Below, piece by piece: positions 41,440 through 51,755 of a DNA stretch of 64,000 bases (positions are counted from its first letter, which is position 1; the number at the start of each line of letters is the position of its first letter). A program made the translations under genes and the position numbers. Below the pieces are notes generated by a model. The model was given only the letters and a program-made list of their open reading frames with translations. It had not been told where the DNA came from and did not search any database. The stretch comes from an uncultured Pseudomonadota bacterium (GTDB lineage: Bacteria > Oederibacteriota > Muellerivitia > Muellerivitales > Muellerivitaceae): assembly GCA_963770835.1 (NCBI GenBank), contig CAVYRH010000002.1:32001-96000 (forward strand), in the 5' to 3' direction.

Positions 41440-43653
41440 ATGAGCACCAAATGGTGTTTCGGGCCCTTCGTTTTCGTCGTAGTACTCATGAGTTTCATTC
41501 CAGATGCCTTCGCAGCCTTGCGAGTGGATGATTTTGCGGCCAGCGGCCTAGGCGGCCGTTGGGTTTCCTATGCGGATCCCCATTCCTATGTTTCCCCTCA
41601 TCCATTTTCCCCGACGGGCGGGGGCCACGGCTCGGATCAATGTGCCCGGTTGGAATTCGAGTTGAAACAGGGTGTCCAATATCCCTTCGCGGGCATGAGC
41701 GACAGCTTCACGGCCCAAAACCTTTCCACTTACGAGGGGGTTCGCTTTTGGGCCAAGGGCCAGGGCCTTTGGAACTGCATGATCCCCATTCCCGCCACCG
41801 CCGCCGAATACAACCATTATTCCGCGCCATTCACCCCCGGGCTCGATTGGAAGCTCTACGAAATTCCCTTCTCCAAACTCAAGCAAACCTGGGGTACCTC
41901 CAAGCCCTGGGATCCCTCGGCCGTCACCGGTATCCAGTTCAGCGCCGGGACAATGGCTGGGGACAAAGGTTTCATTTGTGTGGATGAAATTGAGTTTTAC
42001 AAGAAAGGCGAGGAACGAACCAAATTCGTAGTGAACAACCCCATTCTGAAAGACCCCAAGGTCAACCAGGACGGCTACCTGCCCCAGGATGAGAAATATT
42101 TCGTTCTCAGCGAATCGGCGGGGGCTACCCAGGGCGAGGCCTTCCAAGTTCTCGACCCTGCGGAAAAAACCGCCTTTTCGGGTATTCTCCCCCTTAGCCC
42201 TAGCGACGATAACCCCTCTACGGGTGAAAAGGTCTTTCGGGTAGATTTCAGCGGCCTTACCCTTCCCGGCCGCTATACGGTTTCAGTGGGCGACTTGAAC
42301 TCACTCCCCTTCACCATCACGGGCAATCTGTACGAAAGCCTCTTCCGCGATTCCCTCCGGTGCTTTTATCTCATCCGTTGTGGTACGGCCATTGACGACA
42401 AGGTGACCGGCATCAAACACGATGCTTGCCACATGAAAGATGCGCCCTTTCAGTCCGACACCGGAAAAAGCGGAGATTTCACCGGAGGGTGGCACAACGC
42501 CGGCGACTACGGCAAATGGACCCACATGGAAGCCATCTCCTGCGCCTGGATGATGTGGCTTTACGATCTGAAATCAAAGGAGATGGCGGGGTTGCAGAAC
42601 AACATCCCGGAATCCGGAAATGGGATGTCCGACCTTTTGAACGAAGCCAAATGGGGCCTTACTTGGCTTTTAAAAATGCAGGCGCCCGACGGCGGGGTTT
42701 ATCACAAGGTGGATTCCGAAGACCACTTTTGTTTCGGCACCGGACCGGATAAAGACCCCACCGGCCGCTATCTACAGGGCGAGGGCTGCATCGACGCCGG
42801 GGACTTCACCGGCGTCATGTGCCAGGCCGCCCGGATTTATAAGGCCCTTGACCCCGCTTTTGCGGCGAAATGCCAGAATGCGGCCGTCCGTTCCTGGGCC
42901 TGGTTGGGCAAGCACCCGGATGCCCGTTTCCACGACCCCGATTATGGGGACGACGATCCTTCCCAAGAGGAACTTTGGGCCCTGGGCGAAATGGCGCGAA
43001 TGACCGGCGACAAAACCTTGGAAACCCGTTTCGCGCAGGAGGCCACCCCCAATAAGCTTCAAACTGTCTCCTGGATGACTCCCCAGTTTTTCGGTTATAT
43101 GGCCCAAGTTTGCGGAAACAATACCAGCGTGGAAGAAAAGCAAGTCATTCTAAAAGCCCTGACCAGCATCGGGGATGACTTGGTTCAAAATGCCGACTCC
43201 AACGGTTATGGGGTCTGCCTCACGCCGAACGAATATTATTGGGGCTCAAATGAAAACATCTTGAATAAGACCGGCGCTCTTTTATTCACCTACCACTTGA
43301 CGGGTGACAAGAAATATCGGGAGACCGCCCTGCGGCAGATGAACTATATCCTGGGTTTAAACAGCTTGGAGACTTCCTTCGTGACGGGCCACGGGGCAAG
43401 GGCCGAGTCCCACCCCCACCACTGGGATTACGCGACCTATCAAATCGTCATGCCGGGTTGGGTGGGTGGTGGCGCGAACCAATATCCGACAGGAGCCGAT
43501 CCGACTCTTTTGGGGCTCATAAACACCGGCACTCCCCCCGCCAAGTGCTTCTTCGACGGGCCCGGGGCTACTTCCTGGGCTTCCAACGAGGGCCAGACGG
43601 TCGAAAACGCGGCTTTGGTCTTTGACGCGGGGTATTTTGCGGCCGAGCGCTAA
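41440..43653 (+). CDS. Secreted glycoside hydrolase family 9 with CBM11/CIA30-like and Ig-like N-terminal domains
   Basis: Signal peptide; YEGVRFWAKG; VNQDGYLP; GGWHNAGDYGK; YWGSN; HPHH; WASNE..NAAL. Confidence 0.9.
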   Translation: MSTKWCFGPFVFVVVLMSFIPDAFAALRVDDFAASGLGGRWVSYADPHSYVSPHPFSPTGGGHGSDQCARLEFELKQGVQYPFAGMSDSFTAQNLSTYEGVRFWAKGQGLWNCMIPIPATAAEYNHYSAPFTPGLDWKLYEIPFSKLKQTWGTSKPWDPSAVTGIQFSAGTMAGDKGFICVDEIEFYKKGEERTKFVVNNPILKDPKVNQDGYLPQDEKYFVLSESAGATQGEAFQVLDPAEKTAFSGILPLSPSDDNPSTGEKVFRVDFSGLTLPGRYTVSVGDLNSLPFTITGNLYESLFRDSLRCFYLIRCGTAIDDKVTGIKHDACHMKDAPFQSDTGKSGDFTGGWHNAGDYGKWTHMEAISCAWMMWLYDLKSKEMAGLQNNIPESGNGMSDLLNEAKWGLTWLLKMQAPDGGVYHKVDSEDHFCFGTGPDKDPTGRYLQGEGCIDAGDFTGVMCQAARIYKALDPAFAAKCQNAAVRSWAWLGKHPDARFHDPDYGDDDPSQEELWALGEMARMTGDKTLETRFAQEATPNKLQTVSWMTPQFFGYMAQVCGNNTSVEEKQVILKALTSIGDDLVQNADSNGYGVCLTPNEYYWGSNENILNKTGALLFTYHLTGDKKYRETALRQMNYILGLNSLETSFVTGHGARAESHPHHWDYATYQIVMPGWVGGGANQYPTGADPTLLGLINTGTPPAKCFFDGPGATSWASNEGQTVENAALVFDAGYFAAER

Positions 43654-43674
43654 AAACCACGGTTATGGCTTATC

Positions 43675-44880
43675 TTACACGACGTACTTCCCTTGTTTGT
43701 AATTCAGTGAAAACTTATCCCAAGGGCTCGACGATTGCCCCGTCGCCCCCGTCGGCGGCGGAACACTGTAATAAAGTCCCGAGAGGGTGCTTCCGTCCAC
43801 TTCCAACTTCAGGAACCCGTAGTTGGTGTCGTCGTAGGAATTTAAGATCAAACTGTTGCTGATGGTTTCAGGCGCCACAGGCTTGTTGCCGTTGGGGTCC
43901 GTAGCCATAGGATGCAGGTTGTGGTAGCCGCCATTTCCCATCACGATGCAAGGCACTTCCTGGCCGTTCAAGGTCCAGGTAAACCGCTGGTAATTATGAA
44001 CGTGGCCGGAAAGCATCAAATCCGGGACACGTTTGGCCTTGGAGAAGGTGTTCTGGAGCAAGGACAACATCACCGGACTTCCTGCGTGGAACTTGTCCAA
44101 TGAATAGATGGGATGGTGAAAACTCAGGATGAGCGCCTTGTTCTGGGGGGCGTTCTGCATTTCGTTGAGGAGCCAGGCTTGCTGGTCGGCGTCCACCTGG
44201 CCGTGTTCCGGGACGTTGGTATAAAGCCCCACCAGTGTGGCAAAAGGTGTATCTAGCGTCCAATAGCAATAGGGTTGGGTCATCGCCATACGTCTGGCCT
44301 CGCCCGCTTCCGGAAGAATGGAAGGAGTCGGGGCGCAAAAATTTTCCATAAAAGCCTGCAGGCTCGGGACCTGGGTTGCGGGGTCAAACTCACCGTCGTG
44401 GTTCCCCGGAATGGCGAAAATAGGGGCCGGATAATGCTCATAGGGCAGGTAGAACTGGGGAAAATATTGCGTGGACTGGCCCGTAAAGTAGACAACGTCC
44501 CCTACTAGGTACATGAAAGCGGGTTGAGCATCGTTCCCGGGATTGGTGATGTCCGTTTCCATTTCGTCCGCCACTGCCTGCTGGGGTTTGGGGTCTTGAA
44601 TGCCGCCCACATCCCCGTTGACGTGGAAGGCCATCTTGCCCGCGTTTTGGATCTGCTTCATCTGAGCCGGGGTCAGCACCGTTCCCAGGTCCATGTGAAA
44701 GTTGGAGTTGCTCGGCGGTGCTGGAAGGGGCTGGTAGCGCGTGTCTCGAACTTCCCCGGCCGGACGGGTGGGGACCCAGTTTTTGCCATTATGTCCGATC
44801 GGCCTTTTTTCGCTGAAGGTGCGCTTTGGAGTGATGGCGGAACCGGTGGATGAAGTGGAACTTTTACGCCTGGGGGGCAT
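43675..44880 (-). CDS. Calcineurin-like / purple-acid-phosphatase-type metallophosphoesterase
   Basis: GDVG, GDVVY, PGNHD, HHPIYS, SGHVHNYQR. Confidence 0.9.
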   Translation of the reverse strand: MPPRRKSSTSSTGSAITPKRTFSEKRPIGHNGKNWVPTRPAGEVRDTRYQPLPAPPSNSNFHMDLGTVLTPAQMKQIQNAGKMAFHVNGDVGGIQDPKPQQAVADEMETDITNPGNDAQPAFMYLVGDVVYFTGQSTQYFPQFYLPYEHYPAPIFAIPGNHDGEFDPATQVPSLQAFMENFCAPTPSILPEAGEARRMAMTQPYCYWTLDTPFATLVGLYTNVPEHGQVDADQQAWLLNEMQNAPQNKALILSFHHPIYSLDKFHAGSPVMLSLLQNTFSKAKRVPDLMLSGHVHNYQRFTWTLNGQEVPCIVMGNGGYHNLHPMATDPNGNKPVAPETISNSLILNSYDDTNYGFLKLEVDGSTLSGLYYSVPPPTGATGQSSSPWDKFSLNYKQGKYVV

Positions 44881-45024
44881 GTTTTTCTCCTTGAGCGGTT
44901 AATGGATAAGCAGGGCTAACCTAGCCGGGGCCACAAGGAGGGACAAGAAAACTGTGGGTTAAATGGAAATTTCCAGTTTGTTTCTCAGGATCGGAAGTTT
45001 AAATCGGACAATAAAATGACGGTT

Positions 45025-45555
45025 TTAATCCCGTCCCAACTCAATGAGTGCACCAACAACTTTCCAAGTACGGGCCGTACCATAAACATCGAGCACCTTC
45101 TCGAAGTTGATGTTCCGTCTTTTTCCGCCCCATTCTTTGGAATACGCGTAGTAAAACACCTTGTCCCAAAAAGCGAAACGATATTCCGGTTTTTGCATTT
45201 CCATCACGGATTTTTGGTGGACCGCGTCGGGTTTCTTTGAAAGGAACATCAGTTGGCATTGTTGGTTCTTTTCAGGCTTGAAAGGATTATGGTCAGCGGC
45301 CTTTTGAAGCTGGTCTGAGGAAAATACAAAAACCTTGAGTTCCTTTCCCCAAGAGGTTTTGATGCCTTTCTCGATCTTGACCGCCAGCTTTTCCGCACTA
45401 CTTTCCTTCGACTTGAAGATGACATTTCCGCTTTGGATGTAGGTAGAAACCTCATCCAAACCGAAAGATTCGAACATTTTCTTTAAATCGGTCATCTTAA
45501 TGATCGCGTTGCCGCCTACGTTGACACCCCGTAGCAAGGCCGCATACTTAGTCAT
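45025..45555 (-). CDS. DUF1697 family protein
   Basis: YAALLRGVNVGG, TYIQSGNVIF, TARTW. Confidence 0.92.
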   Translation of the reverse strand: MTKYAALLRGVNVGGNAIIKMTDLKKMFESFGLDEVSTYIQSGNVIFKSKESSAEKLAVKIEKGIKTSWGKELKVFVFSSDQLQKAADHNPFKPEKNQQCQLMFLSKKPDAVHQKSVMEMQKPEYRFAFWDKVFYYAYSKEWGGKRRNINFEKVLDVYGTARTWKVVGALIELGRD

Positions 45556-47110
45556 TGCTTCGCCTCAAAACCTGCCCTGGATACCGTCCAGAAAAGCTGT
45601 TTTTGAGGTCATAAACCAACTTGCCGTTCACGAAGACCATCCTGATGCCTGTGGGGGGCACCCAAGGATTAACCGCCGTGGCGTGGTCCCCCATGGTCTT
45701 GAGGTCAAACACCACCACGTCACCCCAGTACCCTTCTTTCAACAATCCCCTATCCTTCAACCCCAAGAGTTTGGCGGGTTCTTCCGTAAGCCGATTGATG
45801 GCTTCCGAAAGCCGAATCACCCGCTTATCCCGCACATAAGTGCTCAAGAGCCTTGGGAAAGCCCCCACATCGCGGGGGTGGGGGATGGTACCGCTAGAAT
45901 CCGATCCAAAAAGGATAAAGGGCGCCTGTATTTTCTTGATCAGACCTTCTTCTGAGAGCCCGTGATAGCAAATCCTGGCATATTCCCCGTTCTCCATCAA
46001 AAGGGCCAGGACCGCCTGTTCCTCTGAAATATTTCTTTGTTTGGCCATATCGGCGATCGTATCGCCCAAGAAGCTTTTGAAGGCCCTGGATTTGACCCGG
46101 GTGATTTCAATCTTGTCCCCCCCGCCGTATTCCTGCAGGCGCTTGTGGATTTGCGCGAGGATGTCGGTGGTCTTGCTGTTGGTACGGTAATAGCCCAAAT
46201 TAGCGTCTTCTGACTTCAAATAGAGGAACTGATAGAGGGGTATTTGTACTTCGTTGCCCCAGAAGTCGTAAGGATAAACCGTGGCGTAAACGGACTGGCC
46301 CCTGGCCTCGGCTTCCTCCAACAATAACAACCCGCTTTCGGTCTGGTCCCAATTGCTCGGAAGCTTGAACAAAAGATGCTGGATGACCACCGGAACCTTA
46401 TCGTCTTGGCCCAGTTGGATGGCTTCCTTGATGGCCTCTAAAACGCTCGATCGGTAATTGCGGATGTGGGTGTAATAGGTGGCATGGGGATAGTGGGAAA
46501 GAACCGAAGCCAGGTCTTCCAGTTCGGCGGGCTGGCACCACTCGCCGGGCTCGTAACCCAAGCCGCTGGAAAGGCCGAAAGCCCCAGCCTGTAATGCACC
46601 TTGGAGGAACAACTTCATGACGGCCATTTCCTGGGGCGTCGCCGGCTTTTGCTTGTTGGTCTTGACGAACCAATCGCGCAAGGTTCCCTGGCCGATAAGG
46701 GTGCCCACGTTCAAAAGGCCTGGGTACTTTTGAAGCTTCGCCAGGTTCTTATCCACATCCAGCACTGAAAAGCCGCAGTTGCCCGTGAGGCCGGTTGTGA
46801 TCCCTTCCCGGATAGCCCGCTCTTGCGCGGTGAGGGTCCAAAGAAGGTCATTATGGCGGAGAAGATCGATAAATCCTGGGGCCACCACCAAACCCGAGGC
46901 ATCCACCTCATAATCGGCCTGGGAGGGGTCTAAATGCCCGATTTTGGCGATTTTACCGCCCTCTAAGGCCACATCCGCCTGGTAGGGTGGTAAACCCGTT
47001 CCGTCCACCACCAAGCCGTTTTTGAGGAGGATGTCGTAATGGGCTTCCTCTGCGGCGATCGGAAGGGGGTGCAAAAGAAAAGAGAGAAGGAACAGCCAAG
47101 ACAGTTTCAA
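45548..47110 (-). CDS. N-acyl-D-amino-acid deacylase family amidohydrolase, apparently secreted
   Basis: VVDGTG, VVAPGFID, GNCGFS, GLSSGLGY, THIR, GSD, HPR..GAFPR; TTG at 47110 with GGAG gives signal peptide MKLSWLFLLSFLLHPLPIAA. Confidence 0.88.
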   Translation of the reverse strand: MKLSWLFLLSFLLHPLPIAAEEAHYDILLKNGLVVDGTGLPPYQADVALEGGKIAKIGHLDPSQADYEVDASGLVVAPGFIDLLRHNDLLWTLTAQERAIREGITTGLTGNCGFSVLDVDKNLAKLQKYPGLLNVGTLIGQGTLRDWFVKTNKQKPATPQEMAVMKLFLQGALQAGAFGLSSGLGYEPGEWCQPAELEDLASVLSHYPHATYYTHIRNYRSSVLEAIKEAIQLGQDDKVPVVIQHLLFKLPSNWDQTESGLLLLEEAEARGQSVYATVYPYDFWGNEVQIPLYQFLYLKSEDANLGYYRTNSKTTDILAQIHKRLQEYGGGDKIEITRVKSRAFKSFLGDTIADMAKQRNISEEQAVLALLMENGEYARICYHGLSEEGLIKKIQAPFILFGSDSSGTIPHPRDVGAFPRLLSTYVRDKRVIRLSEAINRLTEEPAKLLGLKDRGLLKEGYWGDVVVFDLKTMGDHATAVNPWVPPTGIRMVFVNGKLVYDLKNSFSGRYPGQVLRRSND

Positions 47111-47207
47111 ACAAGTCACTCCCAAACAAGGTATTAAGGCGCTGAAAGTATAAAAGAGCTTCAGGGGGACTTCAACAAAGGCATCTTGCTGAAAGCAAAA
47201 ATCATCA

Positions 47208-48752
47208 TCAAGAACTTTGCAGGATCGCGAGGAACCCGCCATCGTGGTCGGCGGTTGGCAGGAAGGTCATCCCCCATTCGTCCGTCAAAATCTCAGACTG
47301 ATTCCCCGGCAAGGCAGGTGACATAACCTTGTACTCCGAATGGCTCCTCAGAAAAGCCTGGATCACCTGCTGGTTTTCCTCTTTCTCCAAGGAGCAAGTG
47401 CTGTAAACAAGATAACCTTTGGGATAAAGATGGCCCTGGGCCCCTTCCAGCAGTTCCCTTTGTTGGGGCGCGTGGGTTTCAATTTCCTTCGGGATAAGTT
47501 TCCACCGCAAGTCCGCCCGGCGGGAGAGGACTCCCGTACCGGTGCAAGGCGCGTCCACCCAAATGAGGTCAAACTTCTGGGAAGGCGGCAGCTTGGCGGC
47601 CTCACCGTCATGAACCTGGACCTGTTTCAACCCCGTTCGTTTCAGGTTTTCCGCCAGTTTCTTACGCCTTTCGGAGGAAGCATCGCTGGCCATTACCTGG
47701 CCCTTTTCCCCCAGTTTCCAGGCCAGCCCCACGGTTTTGCCACCGGGTGCAGCACACATGTCCCAGGCCCTTTGGCCCTCGGAAAGGGGCAATAATTCCA
47801 ACATGGCCTGGGGCGTCCAATCCTGGACGATCCAATCCCCTTTTTGGAAACTCTCCCCAGAAAAAAGTCCGCCCTCGTGGCTTCTCAGGCTGAAAGTCCG
47901 GGCGGGCCAATCCACGGCTTGAAGTCGGATATTCTGTTTTTCCAACTCGCTCTTAACCGATTCCTCGGAACCCGGCTTGACGTGCAAATAAACAGGATGG
48001 GGCTGGTTATCGGCTTTTAATATTCTTTCCAGCCGTTCAGAGCCGAATTGTTTTTCCCACCTTTTGGTGAGCCAGGTCGGGTGGGAATATCGGAGGGCCA
48101 GGGTGTCGATATCGCTGTCACCCTGGACTAAAAAGGACTCTTTCTTGGTCTCGGCGTTCCTCAGGACGGCGTTCACAAAACCGCTCAAGGCCTCCTGCCC
48201 ACCTTTTTTAGCCAGATTGACGGATTCATGGACCGCCGCATGGGCCGGAACCCGGTCGAGGAAAAGGAGCTGATAAAGACCCAACCGCAGACTGATTTTC
48301 ACTTCCACTGGAAGTTTCTCGAAAGGGGTCTGGCAAAGCGAATTCAAGTGGTAGTCCAATAATCTCTTTTGGCGGGTACAGCCATAGACCAATTCGCGTA
48401 AAAGAGCCTCATCCTCGGGCTTGAGCCACTTCGGGTTCGCTAGGACATCCGCGATTTTAGTGCCCTTCTCAATGGAATAAAGGGCCCGGGCGGCTTCCAG
48501 GCGGGAAGGGGATATTTCATCCGGCCTTCTGGGCGGCTGATCAGCTGAGGACCTCCGATCGGGATGGTTCGACCGATTCCCCCCTTGTCCCCCTTTGATA
48601 ACCGGAGGGCGGGGAGGGGATGTTGCGTTGCCGTCACGGCGGGGTGGGCGTGGTCCATTAAGGCGGCCCTGCGGTTTACCGCCATGTCGGCTTTTTGTTG
48701 GTTTGTAACGGCCTTTTGCACGGCCACTGTTTCGTTGGGGAGTTGGGCTCAT
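47208..48752 (-). CDS. rsmB: 16S rRNA m5C967 methyltransferase RsmB/Sun
   Basis: NusB-like domain, YSHPTW, DMCAAPGGKT, VDAPCTGTG, YSTCS. Confidence 0.93.
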   Translation of the reverse strand: MSPTPQRNSGRAKGRYKPTKSRHGGKPQGRLNGPRPPRRDGNATSPPRPPVIKGGQGGNRSNHPDRRSSADQPPRRPDEISPSRLEAARALYSIEKGTKIADVLANPKWLKPEDEALLRELVYGCTRQKRLLDYHLNSLCQTPFEKLPVEVKISLRLGLYQLLFLDRVPAHAAVHESVNLAKKGGQEALSGFVNAVLRNAETKKESFLVQGDSDIDTLALRYSHPTWLTKRWEKQFGSERLERILKADNQPHPVYLHVKPGSEESVKSELEKQNIRLQAVDWPARTFSLRSHEGGLFSGESFQKGDWIVQDWTPQAMLELLPLSEGQRAWDMCAAPGGKTVGLAWKLGEKGQVMASDASSERRKKLAENLKRTGLKQVQVHDGEAAKLPPSQKFDLIWVDAPCTGTGVLSRRADLRWKLIPKEIETHAPQQRELLEGAQGHLYPKGYLVYSTCSLEKEENQQVIQAFLRSHSEYKVMSPALPGNQSEILTDEWGMTFLPTADHDGGFLAILQSS

Positions 48753-49687
48753 GAAAGGACCACTCCTGGCTTAAAGTCAGGATGTCCTAAGGTGAAATCA
48801 AAAGCGTTCATTTTTTTCTTTCCGGGTGGTTGAATTTCGACAAGCCGAACCGCATCCATGCCAGCCGCCACCACAACGCCATGCTTGGACACTTCTAACA
48901 CCTCGCCTGGTTTGCCCTGGCGGCCCTCCAGCGATGTTTTGTGAACCTTTAGTTCCATTCCCTTCCAACTGGTTTCCGCGCCAGGCCATGGGCTTAAACC
49001 CCTTACATGGTTAAAAACACCGACAGCGGGGGATCCCCAATCCAACCGGCAAAACTCGCGCTTAATGGAAGGCGCGTAAGTGGCTTGGGAGTGGTCTTGG
49101 GGAACCCGGGGGGCCTTCCCTTCCCTCAAAAGGTTCAAAGCTTCCAGCAACCCCTCCGCACCCAGGAAAGCCAGTCGGTCATGGACTTCGCCGGTGGTTT
49201 CTTCGGGGCCAATGGGAGTTTTCTTGACCAGGAGCATATCACCTTCGTCCATCTTCTCGTTCATGTACATGATGGTCACGCCAGTCTCTTTCTCACCCGC
49301 GATGACCGCGTAATGGATGGGCGCCGCGCCCCGGTATTTCGGAAGAATTGAACCATGAATGTTAAGGCAGGCGACCTTGGGGATTTGGAGGACAACGGAC
49401 GGAAGTATCTGCCCATAGGCGGCCACCACCGTCACGTCGGGTTCGGCTTTACGGAGGGATTCCACCGCGTCCGGCGCCTTGATTTTATCGGGTTGGAATA
49501 CCACAATCCCCAGTTCTACCGCCTTGTTCTTGACGGGGGAGGCTTTTAGTTCCAAACCCCTGCCGGCGGGCTTGTCCGGCTGGGTGACGGCCAGTTGGAC
49601 GGCATAGCCCGCTGAATGGAGCGCTTGAAGCGCGGGCACGGCAAAATCCGAAGTGCCTATGAAAAGAATACGCAAAGGTTGATTCAC
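48749..49687 (-). CDS. fmt: Methionyl-tRNA formyltransferase
   Basis: FIGTSDFA, TQPDKPAGRG, NIHGSILPKYRGAAPI, MDEGD. Confidence 0.97.
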   Translation of the reverse strand: MNQPLRILFIGTSDFAVPALQALHSAGYAVQLAVTQPDKPAGRGLELKASPVKNKAVELGIVVFQPDKIKAPDAVESLRKAEPDVTVVAAYGQILPSVVLQIPKVACLNIHGSILPKYRGAAPIHYAVIAGEKETGVTIMYMNEKMDEGDMLLVKKTPIGPEETTGEVHDRLAFLGAEGLLEALNLLREGKAPRVPQDHSQATYAPSIKREFCRLDWGSPAVGVFNHVRGLSPWPGAETSWKGMELKVHKTSLEGRQGKPGEVLEVSKHGVVVAAGMDAVRLVEIQPPGKKKMNAFDFTLGHPDFKPGVVLS

Positions 49688-49754
49688 CGGGTTCCTTAGA
49701 TTGGAAAAAGCGTTGATGACGCTGGAGCCATTTTAGGGAAAAAGCTGGAAGACG

Positions 49755-50297
49755 TCATTGGTTCATCAGCGTCGTAGTCGCTCCAGAAAGCACAGTAATT
49801 CCTTTTGACAAAGGGAGCCCGGGGATAATCACTCCTGAAACCGTGGCCAGTAAAAGGCTGGGGCTTGGAGGATTTCCGTCGGAGGCGCATATCCAAACTT
49901 TCACCGACACCTGGCGGGCTCCGGTGTTGCCCCCCACCGGACTGACTTGAACCTGCCGCAAGTAACGCCAGTGGCCGTTCGCTTGTCGGTTGCCGCTTAA
50001 GGGGTCGCCAGGGTCGCTTACCGATTTATCTGTCGTCAGGTTCAAGTTGAAACTGACCCCGTCGTTAAAACTGTCGAGGATCGCCCCTCCGTAAAAGGGA
50101 TTGCTATTGGCCTGGGCTTCCAGTTCGTCCATCATTTGAAGCCCTTTGAGGCGGGCGTAGCTTTGGTCCATCTGACGGGTGATTTTACGGGCCAACACCA
50201 TCTGCATCATCACAATCGATTCAGCTAGGAAGGTTAAAATGAGTATACCGAATAAGAGCTCCACCATGCCTATTCCCTTGGCATCGAGAGTCTTCAT
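49755..50297 (-). CDS. Type IV pilin/pseudopilin-like protein (PilV-like)
   Basis: Prepilin-like cleavage site KG|IGMVE followed by a hydrophobic helix. Confidence 0.6.
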   Translation of the reverse strand: MKTLDAKGIGMVELLFGILILTFLAESIVMMQMVLARKITRQMDQSYARLKGLQMMDELEAQANSNPFYGGAILDSFNDGVSFNLNLTTDKSVSDPGDPLSGNRQANGHWRYLRQVQVSPVGGNTGARQVSVKVWICASDGNPPSPSLLLATVSGVIIPGLPLSKGITVLSGATTTLMNQ

Positions 50298-50471
50298 CGT
50301 TCACCCGGCTTGATTGAAAAAGGATTATTAACAGGGTGCTAAAAAAATGGCTTTATACCCTGTCGACAGCCACGAGCTTGGAGCGAATCGCTTCGAACCC
50401 CTTGGTTTTCAAGGGGTGATTCGCGACACCGATATGAAAAAGTCCATCTTTGGGACTTTTTCGTCCTACTG

Positions 50472-50996
50472 TCAAAGAGAAACCGTCTCTTTGAAGCTCT
50501 TCTTAAGCTGGTCGAGTTGCTTTTTGAGGAACAGGCGCTTGACGGCGGGAACCTTTTGGATGAAAAGAAGCCCGTTCATATGATCGATCTCGTGCAGGAT
50601 GCAACGGGCTAGGAGCCCCTCGTATTCGGAGACTTGTTCCTTGCCGTCCAGGTCCTGGTATTTCACCTTGACCTTGAAGGACCTCTCAATTTCCTCGCGA
50701 ACGTCGGGGATGGACAAACAGCCTTCCTCAATGGTCTCGGAGCCTTCTTCCTGTAAAACCTCCGGGTTGAACAGGACCCGGGCCTCGCCCTTATCCTCCA
50801 GGTCGTAATGCTCGTCCATGACCATCATCCGGATGGGTTCGCCGATCTGAATGGCGGCTAGGCCCACGCCGTTGGCGTTTCTCATGGTTTCAGTCATATC
50901 AGCGGCCAGTTGCTTGAATGCAGGCGCGAACTGGGTGACGGATTTGCTCTTCATTTTGAGCCTGGGATCGGGATAAAGGACGATGGGGAGAAGCAT
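50472..50996 (-). CDS. def: Peptide deformylase
   Basis: GVGLAAIQIG, EGCLS, HEIDHMNG. Confidence 0.97.
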   Translation of the reverse strand: MLLPIVLYPDPRLKMKSKSVTQFAPAFKQLAADMTETMRNANGVGLAAIQIGEPIRMMVMDEHYDLEDKGEARVLFNPEVLQEEGSETIEEGCLSIPDVREEIERSFKVKVKYQDLDGKEQVSEYEGLLARCILHEIDHMNGLLFIQKVPAVKRLFLKKQLDQLKKSFKETVSL

Positions 50997-51093
50997 CTAA
51001 AAACCTCGAATATTTAAATCTTATGTAAATTATAGACTTTCAGAAGGTAAAAACAAGGTTTCCGGGCCAATAAGCTTTTATCGGGCGGAAAGC

Positions 51094-51747
51094 CTACAGC
51101 TGATATTTCTGAAGCATTTCCTTAAATTCTCCCGCCACTTTTGGGACGTTAAGGGTTTTCACAATTCCCGTTACCACCGCCACCCGGCGGGCACCCACCA
51201 TCAAAACCTCTTCCAAATTGTGCAGTTTGATTCCGCCGATGGCGAAAAAGGGGAGGCCAAGCCCGGAAGCGACAACCTGTTTGACGTAATCCAAAGTAAC
51301 CGGCGGTACGACGTTTTGCTTCGTTTGGGTGGGATAAACAGGTCCCACCCCAATGTAATCAACCCCATCCGAAACGGCTTGCTTCGCTTGGTCCATGCCA
51401 TGGGTGGAAACCCCGACTAGTTTTCCTTCCCCCAGGATTTTCCGGGCCTCGGCCACCGGCAAATCGTCCTGCCCCAAGTGCACCCCGTCCGCGTCCGATA
51501 ACCGGGCGATATCAGGCCGGTTGTTCACGATGAAGAGGGCGCTATAGGCCCGGGTCATCTTCCGCACTTGGTGGGCCATTGCCAATAACTCTGAATCGTT
51601 CAGGGAATACTCGCGCAATTGGACAATGTCCACGCCGCCCTTGAGGGCATCCTCAACGGTCGTGAGGGTATCGTGATTCTCGGAAAGTTCCTGGTCGGTT
51701 ACTAAATAAAGGCGGACTTTCGCTAAATGAGCTTTGAGGTCAGTCAT
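51094..51747 (-). CDS. thiE: Thiamine-phosphate synthase
   Basis: VQLRE, DGVHLGQDD, GVSTH, GPVYPTQTK, AIGGI. Confidence 0.96.
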   Translation of the reverse strand: MTDLKAHLAKVRLYLVTDQELSENHDTLTTVEDALKGGVDIVQLREYSLNDSELLAMAHQVRKMTRAYSALFIVNNRPDIARLSDADGVHLGQDDLPVAEARKILGEGKLVGVSTHGMDQAKQAVSDGVDYIGVGPVYPTQTKQNVVPPVTLDYVKQVVASGLGLPFFAIGGIKLHNLEEVLMVGARRVAVVTGIVKTLNVPKVAGEFKEMLQKYQL

Positions 51748-51755
51748 GGAAGCTA

